The notes under the pieces: generated by a model
What the model saw: the letters and a program-made list of their open reading frames with translations, nothing else
Told to the model about the DNA's origin: nothing
The model's database searches: none
Made by a program: the position numbers and the translations under genes
Shown here: positions 1-11,812 of the stretch, piece by piece
Numbering within the stretch: position 1 is the first letter of the stretch
Layout of the letters: each line of letters starts with the position of its first letter
NCBI GenBank assembly: GCA_043228905.1
Contig: JBHGNT010000001.1
Span: 20,522,001-20,586,000 of the forward strand
Source: Azolla caroliniana
Taxonomy: Eukaryota; Plantae; Polypodiophyta
DNA length: 64,000 nt
Direction of reading: 5' to 3'

Positions 1-755
1 TCCACCATTCGGATCCACCTATTGGAATCCATCTACTATAAAGTGCAGTCGTGTACGACAACCTTTGAACTATGGAAAACATTGTTAGAAACCTACAAGA
101 AACCAAGATATATCTGATCTGGTGCCTCTATAACCTTTGGATGAAAGATTTTGACTTAGTCCAGGCACACATCAATGAGTACGAAAGCCTAAACTCCCAA
201 ATTTCTGCTCAAGGGACAACGATTGAAGACAGATTGAAAGCATTGTTACTAATGGGTACTCTCCCCCTTTCGTGGGAAACTTTTGTCTGCTACCACAATG
301 AAGTACACCGAAGTCACAAGCTCAAATTTGATTGAGGAAATTGTTCGCACATGATTTGGCAAGCGACCGACACCTATGTAGTACAAGGTTCGTTCGACCA
401 ACCGAACTATCGAGGAAGAAGTTCTTCCCAACAACCGAACAAGGGCCAAAGCTGGAGCAAGTCTAGGGACGATGAGATATGCAATTATTGCAAGACGCTT
501 GGACACATTAGGGCTGATTACTATGTGCTCAAGTTCAAAACTGCCAAAGCTTAGAGAGTTGATCATAAGGGCAACCGATAACGGACGACCGAACATTCTA
601 TTAATTAAAAACTCAGTCAAGTCAAAAGTTCTAGTCACAACTCAAGAATCAAGCACTTGGCTCTTAGACTCGGATGTGTCGTACCATGTGACTCCTCACC
701 GGTCTTAGTTTCGACAATATTCGACCTAGTATTCTGACTCGGTCCGAGTCAGAAA
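1..755 (+). pseudogene. Ty1/copia element A, degenerate gag-protease fragment (same family as element J)
   Basis: ORF pieces TKIYLI...LWMKD...VQAHINEYESLNSQISAQG, zinc knuckle CNYCKTLGH and protease WLLDSD.SYH are colinear with 39281-40100. Interrupted at 756 by a TG-starting LTR. Confidence 0.85.
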
Positions 756-988
756 TGTTGGCCAAAGGCCGGAGTATGAAAGACAACTGGGGGACAAGTG
801 GGAAGAAGAAAGTATTACTTATTAATTAGCTATAATTAAAATAGGAACGGACGGATCCGGAAGAGTTGCAACGATCCGGATCTGGACCGATCCCTAGCCC
901 GTTGCCGGTATGGCACCGTTTTGTAATCAGAACCGAATTCCTATAAAAGGATCCGAAGAATGATGTATTAAGAGAGAGGAAATGAATA
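756..988 (+). repeat. 5' LTR of gypsy element E, first part
   Basis: Starts TGTTGG where the copia A protease stops. Interrupted at 989 by element B, whose TSD GAATA (984-988 and 17485-17489) links this piece to 17490-17711. Confidence 0.7.
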
Positions 989-1432
989 TGTTGAGAGACA
1001 AGCTCAACATCAGCCAGATCGGCTGAGCAAGCCGAGGACCGGATCGGTTGGGACCGATCGGTTAGGCCGGATCGATGCGTAAAACGGATACGCAAACTGG
1101 TGCGTAACGAGAGGCCATATCGGTGCGTAAACCGAAAGGCCGTTAGAGAGACATTCCTCGTAAGGAATAGTTTTGGGAGTAAGTGTTGAGGCTCATTTAT
1201 GAGCAGTCAAGTACTGTTAGTACTTGTGTCAGCCCGATTGTCAGGGCTTGTATAAAAGGTGCTCACTGAGCACGATGTATGTATAGATCGAGTATTATTT
1301 TTGAATTAAATTCTTGTGTTTACTCTCTCTATCTGTCTCTCCCTTGTGTACTATGCAAACCTAAGCTTTCCATTAAACCTGTGTTTTCTGTTGTTCGGTT
1401 TCCTATATGGCTTCCGCATGCCATTCTTTACA
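989..1432 (+). repeat. Element B 5' LTR
   Basis: TGTTGAG...TTTACA followed directly by the PBS; aligns to 17152-17484. Confidence 0.9.
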
Positions 1433-1444
1433 TGGTATTAGAGC
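1433..1444 (+). promoter_or_regulatory. PBS for initiator tRNA-Met (element B)
   Basis: TGGTATTAGAGC, one mismatch to the canonical TGGTATCAGAGC. Confidence 0.85.
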
Positions 1445-1514
1445 GTGAGGGTTGAGAACCTCTGCAATCGACTTTGCTTGAAGGAAAAACCAACGAAGAA
1501 GAACAAGAAAACTG

Positions 1515-2467
1515 ATGGACAGAGGAATGGCTAGCTCGCTTCTGACGGAGAAGCTCGACAGAACCAACTACGCATCTTGGTCCTACAAGATGCACCAGTA
1601 CCTCCTCAGACACGATTACTGGAGCTATGTTGATGGAGCAAATGACACAACACCCGACTCGATACACAAAGACTTCCCGATGTGGGAACAATCGGCGAGT
1701 AGAGTGTTGTACTGTTTCGCGTCTTGTGTGGGCGAACAGCTATTAAGCTACGTTTGGGATGCAAAAACGCCAAAGGGTGCGTGGGAAAATCTGAAGAAGA
1801 TCTTCGCCGCGAGCACCACAACCAGGAAGCTTCAGCTCTGACAGGAGTTGAGCAACCTATGACAACGCGATTTGTTGGTGGCTGACTATACCTCGAAGAT
1901 GAAGGACATATGTGACTCCTTAGCTTCCATTGATGTGAACATCAAGGAAAGCGAGATGGTCCAGTTCTATCTCTGTGGTCTGGCGTCAAATTTTGGAGCG
2001 TTCCGAGCTTCTATGTGTACACGGGAGAATACGTCGTCGTTTTTTGACTTACAGTCGATGCTCCTTATAGAGGAGAACGATGCGGGTGCATCAACAAGCA
2101 CGCATGCCGACAACAAGATGTTGTACACGGAGGGAGAGAGGCCCCGTGGTCGTGGCAGACGAGGCGAGTCGGTACGCAATGGAGCCGGCCAACGAGATCA
2201 AGGAAGAAGGCACTCAGGTGATGCCGACTGCAATTTCGGACTCCCCGAAAACAGGGGGAGTCGAGGCGACCAGAACCGTCAAGGGAAATCCGCCGCGGAA
2301 TGCTGGTACTGTGGCAAGAATGGCCATAGGGAGAGCTAGTGCTTGAAAAAGCGCGCCGATTCGGAGAGAACCGGGTCCGGAACAGGTTCCAGACAGACCG
2401 ACAAAGAAAATCGGCAACGATCGCACTACACAAAAGGATCCGGAGAAGCCGGAAAAGGGTCAGTCTT
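1515..2467 (+). pseudogene. gag: Copia gag of element B with premature stops
   Basis: EKLDRTNYASWSYKMHQYL N-terminal motif, UBN2-like region and CWYCGKNGH knuckle. Confidence 0.85.
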
Positions 2468-3146
2468 TGACCGGAACAACACGCTCCCTATGCGCAACGC
2501 TCGGCCACAACCAAGCTTAGAATCAAACACAGAAAACGGGCAATGAATGCATGACACAGTGAAGAGAAGGGAACACAAGATGTTATCGTGGAAAACCCAA
2601 AATAGGGAAAAAAAAACACGACACCCCACAGACTGGAAACTATCACTATATTAGAATGTACAATAGTAAAGCACCGATGCAACGATCTCGAGCTTGCTAT
2701 CTTCGCCACAGGCGGCGGTTACAACAGAGGCAACGACCTCTTCCTCTCTCTCACACTCTCTGTACACTGTTGCGCTCTAATCTTGCGCCAACAAGAATGA
2801 CAACAACAACAACTTTCTAAGTTTGCCCCAAGTCATATTTATACTAATATGACTTTTCGGCTATTTACAAATATAGCCCCGATGGACTCTCAGAAAACAT
2901 ATTTACGAATATGTCCCTTCATCCGGTGAGCACTCCTCACTGGGCCTTTATCATCCAGCTCTTGCCGGGTACTCGTCATCCAGTTCTCAGCGGGTCTTCT
3001 ATAGCCGGGTACTCGTCATTCGGTTCTCACCGGGTCTTTCGTAGCCGAGTACTCCTCATCTGGTTCTCACCGGGTCTTCCGTTTCCGGGTACTCCTCATC
3101 CGGTTCTCACCGGGTCATTCCATCTGGAGGGACCTATTTCCTAACA
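2468..3146 (-). repeat. Element C 3' LTR with about four internal 40-bp tandem repeats (about 2965-3120)
   Basis: TG...AACA ends; related to the solo LTR at 46497-47068; repeat core ccgggtactcntcatccggttctca. Confidence 0.85.
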
Positions 3147-3156
3147 AACTCCCCCT

Positions 3157-6100
3157 TCACTCCGGCATGGGATGTCTTAGTAGTCCGACCCGCTTCCGAC
3201 ATGCATCCAGCTTGTTAGGTGTCAGTACTTTGGTCAACATATTTGACCCGTTCTCAGCCGTGTGGATCTTCGTCAGCATGAACTCTTGGTCATCTACTCT
3301 TTCCTGGATCCAATGATACCTTTGCTGCATATGCTTCGTCCGGGAATGGTAGGCCGCATTCTTAGCAAGGTGGATGGCACTTTGACTGTTGCAATAGAGC
3401 CGATATTCATCTTGCCGGATACCGAGCTCTTCGATGAAGTCCTTCATCCATAATATTTCCTTGCGGGCTTCCATTGCCGCCATGTACTCTGCCTCCGTGG
3501 TTGACAACGCAACCGTCTTCTGCAGCCTCGACTGCCAGGAAACAACTCCCCCTACATATGTCATTACATACCTGGATGTAGACCCACTGGTATTTACATC
3601 AGCCGACATGTCCGAATCGGTAAAACCGTCAAGTTGAGGTTTTCCGGAGCCGAATCGGAGACACATATTCGAAGTGCCCTTCAAGTACCGGAGTATCCAT
3701 TTGATCGCGTTCCAGTGTTCCTTGCCAGGATTGCTCATGAACCGGCTCACCACTCCGATTGTGTATCCAATATCTGGTCGAGTACACACCATTGCGTACA
3801 TTAAGCTCCCGACAGCACAGGCATATGGAACCTTCATCATATCCGCCTTCTCTGCTTTCGTCTTAGGGCTTTGCTTACCAGATAACCTGCAGTTAAACCG
3901 GAAGTGTCGATCCGACCGGTTTCGCATTTGACATGTTGAACTGCTGAAGCACCTTTGTCACGTACTTCTCCTGTGACAGCCACAATTGCTTCATTGACCG
4001 GTCCCGGATAATATGCATCCCCAGCATCTGTCTTGCCGGACCCAAGTCTTTTATTGAGAAGGTTCGGTTGAGATCCTTCTTCAGCTTCCGTATTTTGGCT
4101 TGGTCCCGTCCGACGATCAACATGTCATCCACGTACAGAAGGAGTATCAGGAATTCGCCTCCTTCGAACTTCTTCACAAACACGTGGCGATCGGCCTGCG
4201 TCTTGTGGTACCCTTGATCGGTCATGAAGGAGTCGAACTTCCGATACCATTGCCGGGGGGCTTGCTTCAACCTGTAGAGGCTCTTCTTCATGCGGCAAAC
4301 CAGGTGCTCCTTCCCTTTCTCCACGAATCCTTCCGGTTGCTGCATGTAGATCTCCTCTTAAAGGTCACCGTGAAGGAATGCCGTCTTCACGTCCAGCTAC
4401 TCTACCTCGATGTCCATGCTTGCCGCTATACTCAGCACCGTCCGGATGGAGGTCATCTTTACTACCGGGGCAAATATCTCATCGAAGTCCACGCTCTTCT
4501 TCTGCTGGAACCCCTTCACCACGATCTTGGCTTTGTATCTCGGGGGGTTGCTGGCATCTCCTGGTTTCAACTTGTACACTCACTTGTTTCGGGTGCCCGC
4601 TTTCCTTTCGGCAACTCCACCAATTCGTACGTATGGTTCTCGTGCAGGGAATCCATCTCATCCTGCATGGCACTTAACCATCGGCTACCCCTCATCGGTT
4701 AGCAGCACATGCTCTGCATCCAGAAATCTCCGGGGGGGCCTTCTCTCTCTGAGAGGATATCTCCGTCTTTGGGCTTTGGTAACCGGCTCCTCCATTTGCT
4801 CTTCATCCGAATCCGATTCAGGGTCTTGGCCGGTTCCGGTTTTAGCTTCCTCTACTTCTTCTTCTGCTGGTTCGGTATCCTCACCGAAACCGGCCGGTTC
4901 CTCGAGTGCTAGCCAGTCTCTTGCCGGTTGGGTTTGCTCATCGTAGAATCGATCCTTCCCGGTCGACTCGGAGTTCATTATCTTCTTCTCCGACTCCCAG
5001 TCGGTGAGCGTCTTGTCCTCCATGAAGATAATATCTCGACTCCGGAATACCTTCTTGTCGACCAGGTCCCACACTGAGTAGCCGAACTCATCGTCACCGT
5101 AACCGAGGAATATGCATGGTCGGGTCTTCGGATCTAGTTTTCCTCTCCGGTCCTTCAGATGCCGGTAGGACACTTCCTTACCGGTCCAGACTCTCTGTGG
5201 CGTGTCTTCGTCCAAGGGTACTGAGAGTGATCTATTGATCACATATGTCACCGTCGACAGTGCCTCAACCCAAAACTTCGTGGGTAGTTTTGCATGCACC
5301 AGCATACTCCGGACCCTCTCCATTATGGTCCGGTTCATCCTCTTGGCCAGCCCGTTTAGTTCCGGCAGCTTCGGCATGGTAAATTTGAGCCAGATTCCCT
5401 TCGAGCGACAGTACTCCTCGAACTGCCCCCGGTATTCTCCTCCATTATCTGCTCGAACCATCTTTAGCTTCCGGCCGGTTTCTCTTTCCACTCTCACGTG
5501 GAGCTCTTTGAAGACGGATAACACCTGATCCTTCGTCTTCAACAGTGTGGCCCACAGCTTCCGGCTGTGGTCATCTATGAACGTCACGAAGTACTGCAAT
5601 CCGGCATGTGACTTCGGGTCCACTTCACACACATCCGTGTGCACCAACTCCAGTGGCGCATTACGTCTCATTGGAGGCCTCGATCGGAAAGAGGTCCGGT
5701 TTTGTTTACAGGCCAGACAATCAGTGCACTTCTCCAAGTGCACGTTCTTCACTGGAATGAGGTTGTCTTCTACAAGCCTCTTCATCCCCTTCTCGCTCAT
5801 GTGACACAACCTCTTGTGGCATAGCTCACCGGTAGTGTTGGATGCCACGTTCACTTCCTTCGGACATAACCAGGCATTCATCAGGTACAACGTGTTGACC
5901 TTCTGGGCCCGAGCCACAATCAGGCTCCCTTTGCTGAACTTCATAACACCATTCTGGATGCTACCCATGTAGCCTTCATCATCTAACCGACCGGCTGATA
6001 TCAGGTTCAGACAAACCTCTGGAACGTGTCGGACATCCTTCAGTAGAGCTTGCATCCAGTTGGTGTTGTCAACCACACGTCTCCTATGCCGACAATTCGG

Positions 6101-6920
6101 CATGTACCTTCATTCCCCATCCGAACACAGCTGTGATCACCGGCTGAGTAAGATGAGAAGCATTTCCAGTCCGGGGTAAGGTGGAACGACACTCCGCAGT
6201 CGACCACCCAGGTTGCCGCAATAGAAGCAAGTAGGCCTCCCCCTTGACTTTGACCGTGTCCCCGATTTCTCCCGGTTCTGGGGACTACGGTTCCTTTGTC
6301 TTCCGCGTTCCGGTTCGGTAAGGAGCGCTTTGGAGTCGGAGTTCGTATCCTTATCTTTCCGACGCGCCTCCTCATCTAGCAAGCTCGACTTTACTCTTGC
6401 TAGGGATAACCGTTTCCCTTTTGGTCCGGCGTTGCCCAAAGTGACAACCAACGTCTCCCAGCTATCCGGGAGGGAACCGAGCAGGAGTAGCGCTAGCACC
6501 TCGTCGGCAAGAGGTACTTCCAATGATGTTGCCTGGTGTATCAGCCCCTGGAAGGCATTCATGTGCTCCGCCATGTTGGAGCCATCTTGGTACCGGAGTC
6601 TTACTAGCTTCCGGAATACCAAAACCTGGTTAACAACATTTTTGTTCTGAAACATAATGCCGATCTTCTCCCAGAGCTCATGAACCTTGCTCTCTTCATT
6701 GAAGCTGTTGTATAGGCTCATGTCGATGAAGCACCGTACGCCGTTGTCTTCATGTGCATCACCTCCCATATCGTGGCATCAATTTTGTCCGGTCTCTTGT
6801 CCCCGAACTGAACCGGCAACGAAAGATCTTTAACCACGAGCATGTCCCTCATCTTTGACTTCCACACTGAATAGTTGGAGCCGGTGAGCTTGAACATGCC
6901 ACCCAACAATTCGTCCATCT
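3157..6920 (-). pseudogene. pol: Copia gag-pol of element C (frameshifts and small deletions)
   Basis: RNase H ALSTTEAEYMA, RT LLYVDDML and LKQAPRQW, integrase LVHTDV/RADNGGEY, protease WVVDCG. Confidence 0.9.
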
Positions 6921-6954
6921 TCTGTGTCGTTTCGCTTTGATACAACTTTGATAG

Positions 6955-7384
6955 TGTAAAAGATTACTTGCGGAAGCATTAGAAAGAACAATACACAAAG
7001 AGAGAGAGAGAGAGAGTACGTGGGAGAGAGAGAGAGAGAGAGAGCAGGACACACTATTTTCTAAAGTTATATGAATACTCTGTGCTCTGTCTATCTACAA
7101 CACGCTCATCAGTGCTATTTATACAAGTCCACACGGGACTGTTAGAAGTACGGTGTACTTCAATGCTCACACGAGCATCTGATACTAACTACAAGACTAT
7201 AACTGCCTAGTAGTCTAACCTATACTAGGCTTCCGGTTACAGGTTGGATACGGCATACCGGCTCCCCAGTTCACCGGTCATTACTGCTTACCGGCTCGGT
7301 TGCTCACCGGCATACCGATTCATCTCGCTTACCAGCTCAGGCTTATTCAGCTGATCCGGCTCTAGTTGAGCTTGCCGCTCAACA
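6955..7384 (-). repeat. Element D 3' LTR
   Basis: TGTAAAAGAT...CTCAACA; its left portion aligns to 17031-17151. Confidence 0.9.
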
Positions 7385-7402
7385 CTCCCCCTCAAGCTCA
7401 AC

Positions 7403-10400
7403 CTAAGGTAGGGTCGTAGTGTCAACCTCTATGGCAGCTAGTTCTTCCAACCGACTTCTCCTGGCGTCGCTTCGCCTTGCTCGCGCTCCTTGTCCGGTCT
7501 GGTCCCATTTGCCGCGACCCCTTTGGTTCTGCGTGCCTCGACCTTTGGCATGTCTGCTCAATAGGCCCATCTCAGCTCCTTCGTTGCTATGACTCCGGCG
7601 CTTGCCGATCCGTCGGTTCCACCGCAATGGCATCGACTTCTGCTACGTCCGTGTCTCCTTGGCCTCTCGTTGATCCGACTCATCCGGATCCGTGTGTTGA
7701 TCCAAATCGGTTGTCTCCGACTCGTTCCAGCTCTTGTCTGAATCGGTATCCTCCGATTCGATTTTCGGCTTCAGGCCTCTCACCACATCGGACCACGTCC
7801 GGGTCTTGGCCTTCTCCGTGCTTCCCTTGGCTTCTTCAGCCGGTTCACCAAAGTCGAATTCTTCATTCGACTCCGCATCATGGCCATTACGATCGTGATG
7901 ACCTCCGCATAGCTTGCACTTCTCTTCCTGAGTGTACACTTCTTCTTCACAGCCGCTCACTCCGACCTGTTCGGATGTGCCGACTTCCTTCGTCGACTCG
8001 ACTCGACTCGGAAGACCTGGGCCGGTGATGACTAAATCATCAACATAGACTAAGATACATACCAGACCGTTTGAGCCTTGACGGATGAATAGGGAAGAGT
8101 CTAACTTAGAGGCAACAAACCCCATCTTTCGCAACCGGTGCGTGATCTTAGCATTCCAAGCACGGGGGGCTTGCTTCAAGCCGTACAACGACTTCCTCAG
8201 CCGGCATACCGCCGACTTGTTCACCTCCGACTGAAATCCGGGGGGCTGAGTCATAAAGACTTTTTCTTCAATATCTCCTTGAAGGAAGGCATTCTTCACA
8301 TCCATCTAATGAAGATGCCACCCCCTTGCCGCAACAACCGCCAGTACCACACGAACCGTCGTCATCTTTGCTACAGGAGCGAAGGTCTCGTCGTAGTCGA
8401 TTCCGTGGGTCTACACATATCCCTTCGCCACTAACCGGGCCTTGTACCGGTTAACTGTACCGTCTGCATTGTACTTTACCTTGTACACCCACTTGCATCC
8501 GATCGGTTTACAGTGACGGGGAGGGTCAACTAGGTCCCAAGTTCCGTTGGCATCCAGTGCCCGCATTTCTTCCTCCATAGCGGCATGCCAATTTGCGTCC
8601 TTTGCCGCTTCTACGTAGCTCTCCGGCTCACCCACTTCCGCGACCTTGGTCATGTACGCATAATGATGCGCCATGTACTCGTTATACCAGTACCGTTAAA
8701 CGGGATCCTTCTGGCGGGTGGACCGGCGTAACTCACCGTTACCCGGTATGAGACCCTTCTTGGCCGGTTCGATCTTCGTTCCGGAAGATCTGCCTATGTC
8801 CTTGCCGAAGTCAGATACGCACCGATCCGACTCATCATTGCCGGTCTCGAATTCCGGCATCTTCTGCTTCCCTTTTTCTTTGCGTGTGAACCGTCCCCTC
8901 GGTTCCTTACGCGGGGAGAGCAGGACAGAGTCTCCACTACTCGCCGTCTCATCATCCAACTGGTTGGACTGATCCAGTCTCTCATTCGGTCCGCTTAACC
9001 GGAACGATTCCGGACTCTCATCTTGAGTCCCGACTTCATCTTTCTCTACGTGGGCCAGTTCAGGCTCACTCGCCCCATCCTCCGACATCGAAGTCGGAGT
9101 TGGTAAGGAATACCACAATGTCGATTCATCAAACTCGACATCTCGGCTGACTCGGACCTGTTTCGTCCGGGGGTTATAACACTTATACCCCTTTTGCTCT
9201 TGAGCATAGGCGACTAGGATGCATTTTTCCGATTTTGCATCCAGCTTTCTCCGCTTCTCATCCGGCACATGTACATAGGCTATGCTACCGAATATCCGGA
9301 GGTGTCTCAAATTCGGCTTGCGCCCGAAATAAAGCTCGTGAGCTGACACCTTGTCCCCGATCCGGTTCTGGATGTAAACGACCGTTTGGACCGCCTCTGC
9401 CCAGTAGAACTTGGGCATGCTCTTTTCCTCCAGCATTGCCCTAGCCGCGTCAATCAGTGACCGATTCTTCCTTTCGGCCACACTGTTCTGTTGCGGTGTG
9501 TATCTGCAGCTGAATTCTCGCCGAATTCCTTCTTGTTGCAGATAGTTGTTGAATTGGCTGGAAAAGTACTCTTTTCCTCCATCCGACCATAGGCATTTGA
9601 TCTTCCTCTCCGATTCTCGTTCCACCATCTTTTGGAGGCTCCGGAAACACTCGAAGACTTCGCTCTTCCGCTCAAGGAGGTAGATCCACGTATGCCGCGT
9701 GTAGTCGTCGATGAAGGAGACGAAATATCGACTCCCGCCAATGCTAACATTTTGTGCCGGTCCCCACATATCTGAATGGATAAGATTGAGCTTGTTACGG
9801 CTTCGATTTCTTTCGGTGGGGATTGGAAGCCGGTTTTGCTTCCCGAGTTGGCAGGCTTCACAAATCTAGGCTCTTCGGCTGCTAAACTTCGGCAAACCGA
9901 AAACGACTTGTTCCGTTTGCAGGTCTTGAAGCCTCCGGTAGTTGACGTGGCCGATCCGCTTGTGCCACAGGTTGATATCCAACTCGACCTTCTGTCCTTT
10001 GGCAAACAGTGCGGTGCCAACGTCATTGGTGTTGAGGATAAACATCCTCCCATCTCTGCATCCCCTGGTCGACGATCTGTCCGACCGACAACAGGTTCTT
10101 CGTGATTGTCGGAACATGTAATACATTCATCAGTTTCCCCCTCTGTCCGACGTGGCTCAAAGGGACTTCTCCGACATGCACGATCGGGTGGGGAGTGTCG
10201 TCTCCAGTTTCGACAACTCCCGGTTGATCCGGCTTCTCCAAAAAGGAGAACCACTCCCCGTGGCTCGTCATGTGGTTCGATGCGCCGGAGTCAACGGACC
10301 ACACTTCCTCCGATTTGGAAGTGGTCTTCTTCATTGAGTTTGCCTTGTGCTTCATCACCAAGGCTAGCCCCTTACCGTTCTTGGATCCTCCCAATCCGTT

Positions 10401-11309
10401 TGCGTAGTGCGAGCTTTGTCGGCCTTCCTTACCGGTCTTGCCGGATCCGGATTTGTCTGAATCGGCATGCTTTCTCTAGCACTCGCTTTCCCTGTGGCCC
10501 TTTTTGCCACAGTACTAGCATTCCATAGCGGATTTGTCTTGCCGGCCTCCGGCACCACCTTGACTCCCTGTGCTTGTGGAAGTCCCGAAACTGCTGTCAG
10601 CACGCTCACTGTGCCTTTGTTCCTGCTCTTGCCGGCCGCCTCCATTGCGTGCCGACCTACCTCATTCACCACGCCCGCGGGACCGATCCGCTCCCGTGTA
10701 TAGCATCCGGTTGTCTGGGGATGCACTGGTAGATGCACCGGCGTGGTTCTCCTCTACAAGGAGCATCGACTATAGGTTGAAAAATGAGGGCGTATTCTCC
10801 CTTGTACAAACTGCAGTCCAGAAAGCTACGAACTTGGACGCCAGGCCTCCTAGACAGACCTGCACCATCTCGTCTTCCTCGACGGTGACGTTAATAGAGG
10901 CAAGCGAGTCACAGATCCCTTTGATCCGGGCTATGTAATCTGCCACCGACATGTTCTTCTGTCGAACATTGCTCAACTCCTGTCTGAGTTGCTGCTTCTG
11001 GCCAGTGGTGCTTGCGGTGAAGACCTTTTTCAAGTTTCCCCAAGCATCCTTCGGTGTCTTGGCGTCACAGATATGGCTGAGCAGCTGGTCACCGACACTG
11101 GACGCGAAGCAGTACATCACCATGCTTGTCGCCTGTTCCCACACTGGGAAGTCCTTGTGTGTCGTCTCCGGTGCTGAGTCGTTTACTCCGTCGACATAAC
11201 TCCAGTAGCCATGCCCAAGCAGGTACTGGTGCATCTTGTATGACCAAGATGCGTAGTTGGTTCTGTCGAGCTTCTCCACCGGGAGCGACGTAGCCATACC
11301 TCTGTCCAT
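7403..11309 (-). pseudogene. pol: Copia gag-pol of element D; RT truncated after YVDD, RNase H missing, charged tail present
   Basis: gag EKLDRTNYASW, protease VDSGASNHM, integrase SDGGKEY/YTPQQN, RT MDVKNAFL..LVYVDDL, then about 200 codons of unrelated charged sequence. Confidence 0.85.
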
Positions 11310-11732
11310 TTCTCCTTTTGTGTCTAGTTTCCGATCTGTTAGGGTTTCCTTCACAAGCGTAGATGTCTGCAGAAGTGTCAGGAATAGTACTAAAGCAGAG
11401 ATGGAATTAGTACTAAGAGGAGTAGTACTATTAGTACTAAGAGGACGGGACTGCGTAAGATTCCCGAGAGAGAGGAAATGAAAAGAGGAGAGAGAGAGAA
11501 ATAGGATGCTGACAGCAACTCTTATATTATATGAAACATAAGTACAAATCGACTAAGAGGCTTAAGACTGGTGTTGAACTAATTTGGTTCAAAACAATGC
11601 CTTGTGCCTCCTTTTATAGTGTTTTTAGGAATAATCCTGAAACTTCTAGAATGTTCCAGAGAGATCTGGAATATACATCAATTTTCTATGATAAAGCATA
11701 AATGAAAATAATATCCTACAAAATACAATTCA

Positions 11733-11786
11733 TAGTCTAATGGTAAGAGCTCGACCCATGTAGCATAAGTTCATGGGTTCGAGTCT
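11733..11786 (+). promoter_or_regulatory. tRNA-gene-like Pol III A-box/B-box module in the F 3' LTR
   Basis: TAGTCTAATGG ... GGTTCGAGTCT with T8 to T54 distance of 45 nt. Confidence 0.7.
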
Positions 11787-11812
11787 TGCCATATCATGAC
11801 ACTATCTCCCCT

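Larger units (their letters stand above)
2468..6954 (-). mobile_element. Ty1/copia element C
   Basis: 3' LTR 2468-3146, PPT at 3149-3156, RH-RT-IN-PR-gag ORF pieces at 3157-6920, degenerate Met PBS at 6934-6945. The 5' LTR is cut after about 6 bp by element D. Confidence 0.9.

Noticed and set aside
756-1432. A single 677-bp LTR for element B
   Set aside because: The TSD GAATA and the family terminal motif place the B start at 989; 756-988 belongs to element E.
4100-10938. Numerous ORFs of about 60-270 aa antisense to or out of frame with gag-pol
   Set aside because: They are shadow ORFs with no recognisable motifs, as expected in GC-rich coding DNA.
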